64,000 bases of DNA from an uncultured delta proteobacterium (GCA_963767925.1 CAVYGB010000002.1:2176001-2240000); one strand, 5' to 3'; numbered from the stretch's first letter, positions 1 through 9,797 are shown. A program made the numbers and translations. The notes: generated by a model from the sequence alone, not told the origin.

Positions 1-2
1 TG

Positions 3-371
3 GGCTTTTATTACCGCAACAGCTGGGTGCTCATCCCCGTCTTCCTGGCCCTGCTGGGGACCTCGGTCGTCCCCTACGTGCGCGCCAAGAGCGAGGCCCT
101 CGGCTTCCCCGTGCAAGACGGGCTCATGCAGCGGACCGAGCGGATCGCCTACCTCGGCAGCGCGGTGGCGCTGGCCCCGATCTTCGAGGCCCTGGTCTTC
201 CCACACGACCGCCACCCCATGCACTGGCTGGCGGTGGGCGGCATCGTGTTCCTCTGCGTGACCAGCAACGCCACCGCCATCAGCCGCTTCGTTCGCCTGG
301 TGCGGGCCATGACGGCAGCCGGCACCCCCGGCCCCACCCCCCTCGAGCAGAAAAAAGACCGCGCCGCCTGA
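3..371 (+). CDS. CDP-alcohol phosphatidyltransferase family protein, C-terminal part (5' end outside window)
   Basis: Frame is open to the window edge; hydrophobic helices with PYVRAKSEALG...GLMQRTERI, typical of the PgsA/PIP-synthase C-terminus. Confidence 0.75.
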   Translation, partial: GFYYRNSWVLIPVFLALLGTSVVPYVRAKSEALGFPVQDGLMQRTERIAYLGSAVALAPIFEALVFPHDRHPMHWLAVGGIVFLCVTSNATAISRFVRLVRAMTAAGTPGPTPLEQKKDRAA

Positions 372-432
372 GCGCGCCGCCGGGGCCAACGGCGGCCGGC
401 AAGCTGACAGCGAGCGGACGGCGAGCGGTCTG

Positions 433-1152
433 CTAGCCGCCGAAGCGGGACTGCTTGGCGTCGTTGGCGAACATCTTCACGGTGTCGAGGGAGACGTCCT
501 CGAGGGCCCGGCCCAGCAGGGGGAGCTTGGCCAGCAGGTCGTGGGTGAGGGTGATGACGTGGCAGCCGGCGGCGTCGGCGTGGGCCAGGTTGAGCAGCTC
601 GCGCGGGCTGGCCCACAGCAGCTCGATCTGACGCTGGGGCCGGGCCAGCTCGACCGCCTCGGCCACCAGGGGGGCCGGGTCGCGGCCGGTGTCGGCGATG
701 CGCCCGGCGAAGATCGACACAACCGACGGCGGGCCGCCTTGCAGGGCGGGCAGCACCTCGCGCACCTGGGCCAGCGTGCAGATCGCGGTCACGTTCACCT
801 TGATGCCCCGGGCGCACAGGCGCGCGATCAGCGGGACGGCGCTCTCGCGGCGGGTGTTGGTGATGGGGATCTTGACGTAGACGTTGGCCCCCCAGGCGGC
901 GATGGTGGCCGCCTCCCGCTCCATCTCGGCGAACTCGTCGGCGAACACCTCGAAGGAGATCGGCCGGTCGGGCACCGCGGCCAGCAGCTCGCGGGCGAAG
1001 GCGGGGTAGTCGGTGATGCCCGCCTTGCGCATGAGGGTGGGGTTGGTGGTGAAGCCCTTGATGAGGGGGTTGCGGTAGAGGGCCAGGATGCCGGCCAGGT
1101 CGGCCCCGTCGGCGAAGATCTTCACGCGCAGGTCGTCCAGCCGCAGGCTCAT
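433..1152 (-). CDS. tal: Transaldolase (short TalC/FSA-type)
   Basis: IFADGA, GFTTNPTLM, ISFEV, Schiff-base Lys in VYVKIP, VNVTA, SIFAGRIAD, LLWASPR. Confidence 0.92.
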   Translation of the reverse strand: MSLRLDDLRVKIFADGADLAGILALYRNPLIKGFTTNPTLMRKAGITDYPAFARELLAAVPDRPISFEVFADEFAEMEREAATIAAWGANVYVKIPITNTRRESAVPLIARLCARGIKVNVTAICTLAQVREVLPALQGGPPSVVSIFAGRIADTGRDPAPLVAEAVELARPQRQIELLWASPRELLNLAHADAAGCHVITLTHDLLAKLPLLGRALEDVSLDTVKMFANDAKQSRFGG

Positions 1153-1715
1153 GTCGTCCTCTCCGCCGGCGTCACCGCCGCTGGCCCGGGGAGGGCCGAG
1201 ATCCAGGGGAGCGCGTCGAGCAGCGAGGGCACCGCCAGATCGTAGCCGACCGCGGCCGGCTCCTGGTAGCCGGTGCCCGTGATGTAGACGGTGCGGGTGC
1301 CGGCGCGGCGCCCGGCCTCGATGTCGCGCCAGCGGTCGCCCACCATCACGCTGCGCCCGAGGTCGATGCCGTGGTCCGCGGCCGCCGCCAGCAGCAACCC
1401 GGGCGCCGGCTTGCGGCAGGGGCAGCGGTCGGCGTCATCGTGGGGGCAGACCCGGGAGTCGTCGATCGGCAGCCGCGCGGCCAGGGCGACCTGCAGGGCC
1501 GCCACCAGCTCGGCGCTGGTCTGGCCCCGGGCGATGTCGGGCTGGTTGGTGACGACGACCAGGAACCAGCCGTCGGCCGCCAGGCGGCGGGTCGCCTCCT
1601 GCACGCCGGGCAAGATCTCCAGCTCGTGCAGGCCGCGCGGCGGGTGGGGCACGCCGTCGACGACGAAGGCCCGGTTGAGCACCCCGTCGCGATCGAGGAA
1701 CACCGCCCGCCTCAC
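1149..1715 (-). CDS. gmhB: D-glycero-D-manno-heptose 1,7-bisphosphate phosphatase (HAD IIIA)
   Basis: AVFLDRDGVLN, VVTNQ, CPH..C.CRKPAPG, MVGDRWRD; GTG start at 1715 overlaps the upstream stop. Confidence 0.9.
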   Translation of the reverse strand: MRRAVFLDRDGVLNRAFVVDGVPHPPRGLHELEILPGVQEATRRLAADGWFLVVVTNQPDIARGQTSAELVAALQVALAARLPIDDSRVCPHDDADRCPCRKPAPGLLLAAAADHGIDLGRSVMVGDRWRDIEAGRRAGTRTVYITGTGYQEPAAVGYDLAVPSLLDALPWISALPGPAAVTPAERTT

Positions 1716-2665
1716 GCCGGCCCCCGCATGGCGGCCAGCGAGCGGCGGATGGCCTCCCGGCTGCTCGAGGCGCAGCGCCAGCCGAGGGCCTGGATGCGGT
1801 CGGTGTTGAGGCGCACCACCGGGACGTCGCCCTTCCAGCCGCGGGGGCCGCCGGTGAAGTCGTAGCGGACGGCGCCGGGGGCGAGGCCCAGGCAGGCGAC
1901 CGCCAGGTCGGCGATCTCGCGGACCGTGAGGTAATCGCCGGTGGCGACGTTGAAGACCTGGTAGGGGCCCTCGGCCCGGGTGTGGGCCAGCAGCACGGCG
2001 GCCATCACGTCCTCGACGTGGATGTACGACTTGGACTGGCTGCCGTCGCCGAGGATGCGCAGGCTGCCGGGCTCGCGGCGGAGGGCGTTGAGGAAGTCGA
2101 AGCCTACCCCGTGGGTCTGGCGGGGGCCCACCACGTTGCCGAAGCGGAAGGCCCGGCCGACCATCCCGAACATGTGGGCGTAGGAACAGATGATCGCCTC
2201 GCCGGCCAGCTTGCTGGCGCCGTAGGTGGAGACCGGCAGCAGGGGCCCCCGGTCCTCCTGGCACTCGGTGGTGCCGACGTCGCCGTAGACCCCGCTGCCC
2301 GAGGCGTACAGGATCCGGCGGGCGCCGGTCCGGCGCATGGCCTCGACAACGTTGTGGGTCAGCACCGTCCCCTCGTCGAAGTCGATGGCCGGCTCGGTCA
2401 TGGCCCGGGCGATGTCCGGGTTGGAGGCGAGGTGGATGACGATCTCGTGCCCGGCCATGGCCGTCTGCAGCGCGGGCAGGTCCTTGGCGTCGCCGCGCAC
2501 CGCCCGGAAGCGGGGGTCGGTGATGTGGGCGTGGTGCTCGGTCCGCCCCGAGGAGTAGTTGTCGTAGATGGTGACGCCGGCGGTGGCCGGGTCGGCCAGC
2601 AGCCGCTCCACGAAGTGGCCGCCGATGAAGCCGGCGCCGCCGACGATGAAGACCGGGCCGCTCAT
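1712..2665 (-). CDS. NAD-dependent epimerase/dehydratase (extended SDR)
   Basis: GGAGFIG Rossmann motif, YASGSGVYG, YGASK catalytic motif; ATG 2665 overlaps the gmhA stop. Confidence 0.9.
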   Translation of the reverse strand: MSGPVFIVGGAGFIGGHFVERLLADPATAGVTIYDNYSSGRTEHHAHITDPRFRAVRGDAKDLPALQTAMAGHEIVIHLASNPDIARAMTEPAIDFDEGTVLTHNVVEAMRRTGARRILYASGSGVYGDVGTTECQEDRGPLLPVSTYGASKLAGEAIICSYAHMFGMVGRAFRFGNVVGPRQTHGVGFDFLNALRREPGSLRILGDGSQSKSYIHVEDVMAAVLLAHTRAEGPYQVFNVATGDYLTVREIADLAVACLGLAPGAVRYDFTGGPRGWKGDVPVVRLNTDRIQALGWRCASSSREAIRRSLAAMRGPA

Positions 2666-3291
2666 TTGACCGACTCCCACTTGGTGCTCGTGCGTTGCAG
2701 GGCGGGGTGGCTGACCAGCAGGTGCCAGACGACGGCGCACAGCCCCTCGGTGTGGGGGGTGATCCGCGCGCCGTGCAGGGGCGGGATGACGACGCAGGCC
2801 TCGGCCACCTGGGCGGTGAAGCCCCCGTCGCGCCCGACGATGCCGAACACCTTGGCCCCCCGCTGGCGGGCCAGCTCGGCCGCCCGCACCAGGCAGGCCG
2901 AGATGTTCTTGCTGGCGTCGCCGCCGCCCACCGAGAAGATCAGCAGGCCGTCGCGGGCCTGCAGGCGCGAGACCTCGAGCCAGGCGGCGAAGGCGCCCTC
3001 GAACCCCTCGTCGTTGATCCGGGCGGTCAGCTCGGACACGTTGTCGGTGGGGGCGTAGGCCTCGAAGCCGCACAGCTTGCGGAAGTCGTTGACCGCGTGG
3101 CTGGCGTGCCCGGCCGAGCCGCCCACCCCCAGCAGGAACAGGCGCCCGCCGCCCTCGCGCACCTGGGCCAGGCCGGTGGCCAGGCGCTCGATGGCCCCCG
3201 CGTCGAGGGCCCGCACGATCTCGATCGTCTCGTCCAGGTAGCTGCGGGCGAACATGGTGCGGGCCGGGGCGATCGCTTCAACGCCGGCCAT
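2662..3291 (-). CDS. gmhA: SIS-domain phosphoheptose isomerase
   Basis: LGVGGSAGHASH, RINDEG, FSVGGG..NI, GIVGRDGG, HTEG; heptose gene context. Confidence 0.85.
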   Translation of the reverse strand: MAGVEAIAPARTMFARSYLDETIEIVRALDAGAIERLATGLAQVREGGGRLFLLGVGGSAGHASHAVNDFRKLCGFEAYAPTDNVSELTARINDEGFEGAFAAWLEVSRLQARDGLLIFSVGGGDASKNISACLVRAAELARQRGAKVFGIVGRDGGFTAQVAEACVVIPPLHGARITPHTEGLCAVVWHLLVSHPALQRTSTKWESVK

Positions 3292-4546
3292 ACAGCGCCA
3301 CGGCGTGAACGATCAGCGTGAAGGTGAAGGTGACGAAGCCGGCGATGATCGCCATCAGGCCGATGACCGCCAGGTGGTTCTGCCAGGCCAGGCTGTCGAG
3401 CGACAGCCCGTGGCGCAGGTAGCGCAGCACGAGGGGAACGGCGAGGGCCACCCCCCCGGCGAACAGCGCGGCCGAGCCGAACACGGTGCGCGTGTAGGGG
3501 AAGATCTTCAGCCAGCGCCGCCGCTCGGCCTCCGACTGCCCGTACAGGGTCTGGGCGATGCAGCCCAGGTAGAAGCTCTGCAGGCCGAGGCCGAACAGGG
3601 CCATGCCGAGCATCTGCCAGTGCAGCGAGAGCGTGATCGGCCCCAGGGTGGCGGGGCCCAGCGCGGCGGGGAGGCTGAACAGCAGGCCGATCAGGGCGAG
3701 GAGGATCCCGGGCTTGAGGAGGAAGAAGTCCGCCCCCGAGACGAACATCGCCCGCAGGTTGATCCAGGCCGCCTTCCAGGGGGAAAACCAGCCCGAGCGC
3801 TTGTGGTGCGACAGGCGCCCCTCGCGGTCCTTGAGGAAGTGCACCGGCACCTCGGCGGTGCGCAGGCCCATGCGGACCGACTTGAGCACCATCTCCGAGG
3901 CGTACTCCCAGGACTGCGAGCGCAGGTCCATGCGGGCCAGCGCCTCCCGGGTGATGCCGCGCATGCCGCAGTGGATGTCCGAGAAGCGGCTGGCGTAGAC
4001 GACGTTGAGGATCCAGGTGGTGACGGGGGTGCCGAGGTAACGGTGCAGCGGCGGCATGGCCCCCGCTTCGATCGACCCGCGGAAGCGCGAGCCCATGATG
4101 TATTCGTGGCCGGCCCGGAACTGCTCGACGAAGGGGGCCAGGGCCCGGAAGTCGTAGGTGCAGTCGGCGTCGCCCATCAGCACCCACTTGCCGCGGATGA
4201 AGGGGAGCGCGTCGATGTAGGCCCGGCCCAGTCCGCGCCGGGGCGCCTGCAGCACGCGGGCCCCGTGGGCCAGGGCGATCTCGCGGGTGCGGTCGGTCGA
4301 GCTGTCGACGATGAGGATCTCGCCGCGCACGCCGGCCCGGGCCAGCCCCTCGTGGCACCAGGCCACGAAGTCGGCGATGGTCAGCTCCTCGTTGAGAGCG
4401 GGGATGACGATCGAGACCTCGGGATCGGGCTCGTCGTTGGCGGGCGCGTGCAGCACCACCTGGGGGTCCAGACCGGCCAGCAAGCTGGGCCCCGGCAGGG
4501 TCCCCCGGGGATCGCCAGGCTCGTTCCTCGAGGGGGATGTGCTCAC
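3278..4546 (-). CDS. GT2 glycosyltransferase, DPM/GtrB-like, with C-terminal transmembrane helices
   Basis: VSIVIPALNEE, ILIVDSSTDRT, GLGRAY, MGDADCTYD, GSRFRG, DIHCGMR; four hydrophobic C-terminal segments. Confidence 0.88.
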   Translation of the reverse strand: MSTSPSRNEPGDPRGTLPGPSLLAGLDPQVVLHAPANDEPDPEVSIVIPALNEELTIADFVAWCHEGLARAGVRGEILIVDSSTDRTREIALAHGARVLQAPRRGLGRAYIDALPFIRGKWVLMGDADCTYDFRALAPFVEQFRAGHEYIMGSRFRGSIEAGAMPPLHRYLGTPVTTWILNVVYASRFSDIHCGMRGITREALARMDLRSQSWEYASEMVLKSVRMGLRTAEVPVHFLKDREGRLSHHKRSGWFSPWKAAWINLRAMFVSGADFFLLKPGILLALIGLLFSLPAALGPATLGPITLSLHWQMLGMALFGLGLQSFYLGCIAQTLYGQSEAERRRWLKIFPYTRTVFGSAALFAGGVALAVPLVLRYLRHGLSLDSLAWQNHLAVIGLMAIIAGFVTFTFTLIVHAVALYGRR

Positions 4547-4653
4547 GGCCGGGTCAGTCTACCGGAGAGCCCGCTTCCGTCAACGCACCGTCACGCGCCT
4601 CGCCGTTGGCTGGCCCGTCGCGTTCAACGGGGTGTCCCGGCGCGCGCGGGCGC

Positions 4654-5367
4654 TCAGCGCGCGGGCTCGGCGGCCAGGAACGCCTCCAGATCGCGCAATC
4701 CCTGCGGCGAGCCGACCTCGTAGAAACGTTGCGCCACCTCGTGGCCGGCCAGCTCGCCGGCCAGGCTGAGCGCGTGGTAGAGGTCGGCCAGATCGGCGGG
4801 GTCGGCGGGCGGCAGGCGGTCGATCACGCCCCGGTCGAGCACGCTGAGGCCGTAGTCGATGTGCAACATGCGGGCGTCGGCCTGGCGCTTGTCGTAGCGC
4901 TGCAGCTCGCCGTTTTCGAAGATGACGTTGCTGCGATCCCAGCGGCCGCCGTTGCGCAGCACCGTCATCAGCGCCGGGCGCCCGGCCGCGTGGAAGGCGG
5001 CCACCACCGGGGGCAGCGCGATCGGTAGATAGGAGTCGCCGTACAGGACCAGGAAGGCCGGATCGAGCAGGCCCTCGTCGCGGCACAGGCGCAGGGCCCC
5101 CGCGGTGCCGCGGAGCTGGGTCCCCTCGTCGGCGTAGCGCAAGCGCAGGCCGAAGGCGCTGCCGTCGCCGAGGGCGTCGCGCACGAGGTCGCCCCGGTAG
5201 CCGATGCTCAGCACCACGTCGCGCACGCCCTCTCTGGCCAGCAGCTCGAGCTGGTGGTGGGCGAAGGGGCGGCCGGCCACCGGCAGGAGGATCTTGGGCC
5301 GCTCGTCGGTGAAGGGGCGCATGCGGGAGCCGCGGCCGCCGGCGAGGATGACCACCTGGAGCGGCAC
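4654..5367 (-). CDS. hddC: Sugar-1-phosphate nucleotidyltransferase (heptose-1-P guanylyltransferase-like)
   Basis: VVILAGGRGSRM..PKILLPVAGRPF, GTAGAL, LYGDSY, FYEVGS; adjacent to hddA. Confidence 0.8.
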   Translation of the reverse strand: MPLQVVILAGGRGSRMRPFTDERPKILLPVAGRPFAHHQLELLAREGVRDVVLSIGYRGDLVRDALGDGSAFGLRLRYADEGTQLRGTAGALRLCRDEGLLDPAFLVLYGDSYLPIALPPVVAAFHAAGRPALMTVLRNGGRWDRSNVIFENGELQRYDKRQADARMLHIDYGLSVLDRGVIDRLPPADPADLADLYHALSLAGELAGHEVAQRFYEVGSPQGLRDLEAFLAAEPAR

Positions 5368-5375
5368 GGCGCCCC

Positions 5376-6356
5376 TCAGTCCCGCACCGACACGACCGAG
5401 CCGTCGTGGTCGAAGAAGAAGCGCACCTCGGTGAGCCCCTCGGCGGCCAGAGCCTGCCGCAGGGCCGGCGGGTTGTCGGCGTAAAACAGCAGGAAGCCGC
5501 CCCCGCCCGCGCCGACCAGCTTGCCGCCCAGGGCCCCGTTTTTCATGCCCACGTCGTACCAGCGGTCGATCTGGGGGTTGGTCACGTCGGGCGAGCGGCG
5601 CCGCTTCCAGTCCCAGTGCTCCTGCATCATGGCGGCGAAGCCGCGTACGTCCCCCTGCTCGAGCGCGGTGCGGATGCGCAGGCCCAGGTCCTTGGTGAAG
5701 TGCAGGTTCTCCAGCATGGTGGCGTCGCCGGTCTGCGACTGCTGGTTCTGGTGCTCGAGGATGGTCGAGGCGTCGCGGGAGTAGCCGGTGAAGAACATCA
5801 GGAGGCGCTCCTCCAGGTCGTGCAAGGTGGCGTTCGACACCGACAGGGGCGAGACCCGCACGTTGCCGTCGGGGGCGAAGTCCATGGCGATGAGCCCGCC
5901 GTAGGCGGCGACGTACTGGTCCTGCTTGCCGACGTTCGAGCGCAGGATGTCGATCTCGATGTGGCAGGCCTCCTCGGCCAGGGCGCCCGCCGTGACGTGC
6001 TCGCGCTTGAAGGCGTAGACCGCGCGCAGCAGGCCCACCGTGAAGGAGCCGGAGGAGCCGAGGCCAGTGCCCGAGGGGATGTCGGCCAGGCTGACGATCT
6101 CGAGGGCGGGGCCCACCGGGTGACGGCGCAGCACCTCGCGGATGAGGGCGTGCTTGATCTCGTCGACGGTGGTGGTGCGCTCGAGCTGCGAGTACTTGAG
6201 CAGGTAGTCGTTGGTGAAGGTCCGGTTGATCCCGATGTAGATGTACTTGTTGATCGCCGCCGAGAGCACGAAGCCGCCGTGCTTCTGGTAGTAGGAGGGC
6301 AGGTCGGTGCCGCCGCCCCCCAGCGCGATCCGCATCGGCGTCCGGACGATGATCAT
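5376..6356 (-). CDS. hddA: GHMP kinase, D-glycero-alpha-D-manno-heptose-7-phosphate kinase
   Basis: RTPMRIALGGGGTDLP, DIPSGTGLGSSG, GKQDQY, GGKLVGAGGGGFLL. Confidence 0.88.
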   Translation of the reverse strand: MIIVRTPMRIALGGGGTDLPSYYQKHGGFVLSAAINKYIYIGINRTFTNDYLLKYSQLERTTTVDEIKHALIREVLRRHPVGPALEIVSLADIPSGTGLGSSGSFTVGLLRAVYAFKREHVTAGALAEEACHIEIDILRSNVGKQDQYVAAYGGLIAMDFAPDGNVRVSPLSVSNATLHDLEERLLMFFTGYSRDASTILEHQNQQSQTGDATMLENLHFTKDLGLRIRTALEQGDVRGFAAMMQEHWDWKRRRSPDVTNPQIDRWYDVGMKNGALGGKLVGAGGGGFLLFYADNPPALRQALAAEGLTEVRFFFDHDGSVVSVRD

Positions 6357-7150
6357 CGGCGTCGGGCCACGATGGTGAAGCCGAGGCTCTCGGTGGGGTC
6401 GGGCAGGGCCCGGTCCAGCAGGCGCACACCCGCCGCCACCGCCAGCATGGCCGGCCCCACCAGGGGCAAGGTCCACAGGCGCGGGCGGCGCGCGGTGGTC
6501 GCCTCGTGCCCCAGCTTGCCCATGGCCTGGGCCAGGCCGCCCACCTCGGCCACCTGCAGGGCCAGGTAGCTGTTGAGCTTGTGCCCCAGCAGGCTCCACA
6601 GGCCGCCCTGGGGATCGACCTGCTCCACCTCGAGGCCGGCGGCGTCGCAGAGCTGGCGCAGGCCGTGGGGGGTGTAGCGGAAGTAGTCGTGCGGCTCCTC
6701 GTGCAGCCGGAAGGAGAAGGGGGCCGACAGCAGGAGCAGGCCGCCCGGGCGCAGCACCCGGCCCATCTCCTTGACCAGGTCGCCGGGGTGGGGCGTGTGC
6801 TCGAGGACCTGCGAGCTCAGCACCGTGTCGAAGTCCCCGTCGGGGAAGGGCAGCCGCTTGCCGTCGTAGGTCAGGTCGACGGCGGCGCGGGCCCGCCGGC
6901 CGGTCTCGGTCAGCAGGAAGGTCGGCTCGTATTCGATGCCGATGTATTCGCGGACGTGAGGCTGGAAGAGATGAGCGAAGGGCTTCTCCCCGCAGCCGAC
7001 GTCGAGCAGGCGGCCGCTGGCGCGGGGGGCGACGCGGGCCAGGGACGCCTCCAGGTGGGACCACTGCAGGTCGACCCAGTCGGAGGTGGCCCGCACCGCC
7101 CGCCGGATGGGGGGCAGGTCGAGCAGGTTCTGCAAGGCGCTCACCGCCAA
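6353..7150 (-). CDS. Class I SAM-dependent methyltransferase
   Basis: LLDVGCGEKP, LPFPDGDFDTVLSSQVLEH, LRPGG, HEEPHDYFRYT. Confidence 0.88.
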   Translation of the reverse strand: MAVSALQNLLDLPPIRRAVRATSDWVDLQWSHLEASLARVAPRASGRLLDVGCGEKPFAHLFQPHVREYIGIEYEPTFLLTETGRRARAAVDLTYDGKRLPFPDGDFDTVLSSQVLEHTPHPGDLVKEMGRVLRPGGLLLLSAPFSFRLHEEPHDYFRYTPHGLRQLCDAAGLEVEQVDPQGGLWSLLGHKLNSYLALQVAEVGGLAQAMGKLGHEATTARRPRLWTLPLVGPAMLAVAAGVRLLDRALPDPTESLGFTIVARRR

Positions 7151-7157
7151 CCCCTTA

Positions 7158-8591
7158 TCACGGAACGGTCCGGGCGCGCCGGAACCGGGCGGCCAGGGCG
7201 GGCAAGGCGGGCAGGACCAGGGCGGCCAGGGCCAGCAGGGTGCAGACGATGGTCCAGACCGTGTAGCGGTTGTCGGGGCCGCCGGCGGTCAGCAGCACGC
7301 TCAGCAGATACGACAGGCCGGACAGCACCAGCAGCAGGGGCAGCGGCGGCGCCCCCCGCAGGTAGCGGAAGGCGGTGAGGGGCAGCAGGGCCAGCGAGAG
7401 CAGGACGTAGATCCAGGCGGAAAAGCCGATCCAGGTCTGCTGCAGGTCCATCCAGTCGAGGCGCTGCAGGGTGGCGACCGAGGGCTCGTAGGTGCGGGCC
7501 AGGTCGTGGAAGGGGGCCGCCGAGAGGTAGAAGTAGCGGCGGGGCGGCTCGAGACCCCCCAGCCGCATCAGCCGCAGGGTCATGTCCCACTTGTGGCGCA
7601 GGTAGGCCCCGGGGTGGTCGACGATGGCCCGGATCCAGTTGCGCGACAGGCGCTGTAGCTGGGCCTCGTCGGACAGGAGGTTGAACACCAGGACGCAGCC
7701 GTCATCGCGGAAGTAGGCGCAGTGGTAGAGGGTGTCGTTGAAGTCGGGGCGGAACTGCTGGCGCATCTCGGGCAGCCCCATGCCGGGGGTGAGCAGGCCG
7801 GTCTGCGGGTCGATGACGATCTCGTCGATCTTCAGGGAGATGGAGATGAGATCGAAGGCGGCGGCCCGCTGCCAGAAGTTGGTGGCCTTCGCGTGGGGGG
7901 CCAGGGTGGCCCGCAGGCCGAGGGTCAGCACCAGGGTCAGGGCGAGCGCGCCGAGGCTGGCCAGCAGCAGGCGGGGGGCGGGGGAGCGGCGCTGCAGGGC
8001 GGGCAGCTCGAGCAGCAGCAGGACCAGCAAGGGCCAGACCGCGGCGGCGGCGTTGTGGCGCAGGCCGATGGCCAGCAGGAAAAACAGGACGGCCAGGCCC
8101 CGGGCGAGCCAGCGCCAGCGGCCGCCCAGCGGGGCGAGGGCGAAGGCCACCCCGGCCAGCATGGTGGCGTGCATCAGCGTGTCCTTCCAGACCGCGGCCA
8201 CGCAGCAGAGCGAGGGGAGGAAGGACCCCACGCCGAGCAGGGCGAGGGCCCGGGCCGGCAGGGGGCCCGGCAGCGCCCAGAAGATCCCGGTCAGCCCCAG
8301 CCAGTACACCCCGGCGATGATCACCAGCATGCCGCCCGGCCCGGGCACGAGGCGGTCGGTGAAGCGCCAGATGACCGCCATCAAGATGGGGTGGTGATCG
8401 GTGTACAGGCCGTCGCGCGCCTGCTGGAGCTGGTTGCCCGAGTCGCGCGACATGAAGCCCGGGTAAAACAGCTCGAGGGTGAGGGCGAAGGCCAGGGCCC
8501 CCACCAGCGCCATCACAAGCGCCCCCCGCTGCCCGGCCAGCGCCCGCAGCAGCGGGTGCCGCTGCCCGGCGGGCCGTCTCTCGGCGCCCAT
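7158..8591 (-). CDS. Polytopic membrane protein, possible GT-C fold glycosyltransferase
   Basis: Many hydrophobic segments; first loop YPGFMSRDS..Q..QA..G.YTDHHP, then WKD and LRHNA; large periplasmic loop; start at ATG 8591 uncertain. Confidence 0.6.
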   Translation of the reverse strand: MGAERRPAGQRHPLLRALAGQRGALVMALVGALAFALTLELFYPGFMSRDSGNQLQQARDGLYTDHHPILMAVIWRFTDRLVPGPGGMLVIIAGVYWLGLTGIFWALPGPLPARALALLGVGSFLPSLCCVAAVWKDTLMHATMLAGVAFALAPLGGRWRWLARGLAVLFFLLAIGLRHNAAAAVWPLLVLLLLELPALQRRSPAPRLLLASLGALALTLVLTLGLRATLAPHAKATNFWQRAAAFDLISISLKIDEIVIDPQTGLLTPGMGLPEMRQQFRPDFNDTLYHCAYFRDDGCVLVFNLLSDEAQLQRLSRNWIRAIVDHPGAYLRHKWDMTLRLMRLGGLEPPRRYFYLSAAPFHDLARTYEPSVATLQRLDWMDLQQTWIGFSAWIYVLLSLALLPLTAFRYLRGAPPLPLLLVLSGLSYLLSVLLTAGGPDNRYTVWTIVCTLLALAALVLPALPALAARFRRARTVP

Positions 8592-8926
8592 GGAAGTGTC
8601 GGTCACGATGTCGCGCAGTCCTTCTCCGCACGCGCGCGGCGAGCGCGCCCTTGTTAGCACAGCCGGCTGTCCCCGCCCGTCAAATCGGGCGCCTCGGCGC
8701 GTGGCGCGTGCGGAGCCGCCGAGCTTGCTCGGCGCGAAGCTCGCGTGCTGATCGGTGCGCTGAGGGTAACGGAATGTGCCCCCGTGTCCCTGGGGCTCGG
8801 GGCGTGAATTGCAGACACGGTCGGGCGGGTGGGGGCACACCCGGCGGCGCCGCGAGCGGTCGCGCGTCGTCGAGCAAGATCGCTGGGTTCGACGCCGGCA
8901 ATGGCCTCGATCACGAGCGGCTCGGC

Positions 8927-8941
8927 TGGCGTGACGCTTGC
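8927..8941 (+). promoter_or_regulatory. Candidate sigma-54 (-24/-12) promoter
   Basis: TGGCGTGACGCTTGC matches TGGC-N7-TTGC spacing, about 25 nt before ATG 8967. Confidence 0.4.
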
Positions 8942-8966
8942 GATGGGGCGGGCGCCGAGGAGCGTG

Positions 8967-9797
8967 ATGAAGATGAAACGGGCATCAGGGATCGTGTCGC
9001 TTGTGGCGGTGGCCTTTCTCCCCGCCTGCGTGCTGGAAGTGCAGGACGAACCCGAAGGGGGCTGGAACGGACCGCGCGGCGGAGAGTGGGGCGGAACCGC
9101 CGGCACCGGCAGCACCTCGACGGGAGGCTCGGGCCGGCGCGACGCCAGCGCCCCCGACACGAGGCGCGCGCGCGACGGCGGCAGCCGCACCGACGCGCCC
9201 CGCACCCCGCCGCCACCGGACGCCGCCCCCGAGCCGCCCGAGCCCCCCGAGGTCGACGCCGGCTACCCGCCGCCGAGCGAGGAGATGGTCTGTCGCCACG
9301 ATCAGCAGTGCCAGGGTGGGCGCTGCGTGGCCGGCGCCTGCCAGCGCCCGTGCACCACCGACGAGCCCTGTGGCACCGGCCAGGTCTGCACGGGCGGCTT
9401 CTGCCAGGGCAGCCCCCAGCCGGGTGGCCAGTGTGTCTACGCCAGCGACTGCGGCAGCGACGCCACCTGCGTGAACGGCTTTTGCCACGAGCGCTGCGGA
9501 GAGGACGGCGACTGCTCGAGCTCGGCCGACCGCTGCGACCGGGGCCTGTGCCGCCCGGACGTCCGGCCCATTCCGCAATGCACCGGCAACGCCCAGTGCC
9601 CCGCCGACCGCACCTGCGTGGACGCCGTCTGCCGCAACCCCTGCCGCGACGACAGCCAGTGTGGACCGGGCTGCTCGGGGACCGTCTGCTCGGGCGGCTA
9701 CTGCTTCATGCCCGAGGAGCTGACCCCTCCGACCTGCCCGCCGATGCCCCCCACCTGCGGCACCCCCACCGGCTGCGGCCCCACCTGCAGGCAGTAG
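8967..9797 (+). CDS. Cys-rich repeat lipoprotein
   Basis: RBS GAGGA; signal peptide ending FLPAC; Gly/Pro linker; about six C..D..C..G..C..G.C repeats. Confidence 0.8.
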   Translation: MKMKRASGIVSLVAVAFLPACVLEVQDEPEGGWNGPRGGEWGGTAGTGSTSTGGSGRRDASAPDTRRARDGGSRTDAPRTPPPPDAAPEPPEPPEVDAGYPPPSEEMVCRHDQQCQGGRCVAGACQRPCTTDEPCGTGQVCTGGFCQGSPQPGGQCVYASDCGSDATCVNGFCHERCGEDGDCSSSADRCDRGLCRPDVRPIPQCTGNAQCPADRTCVDAVCRNPCRDDSQCGPGCSGTVCSGGYCFMPEELTPPTCPPMPPTCGTPTGCGPTCRQ

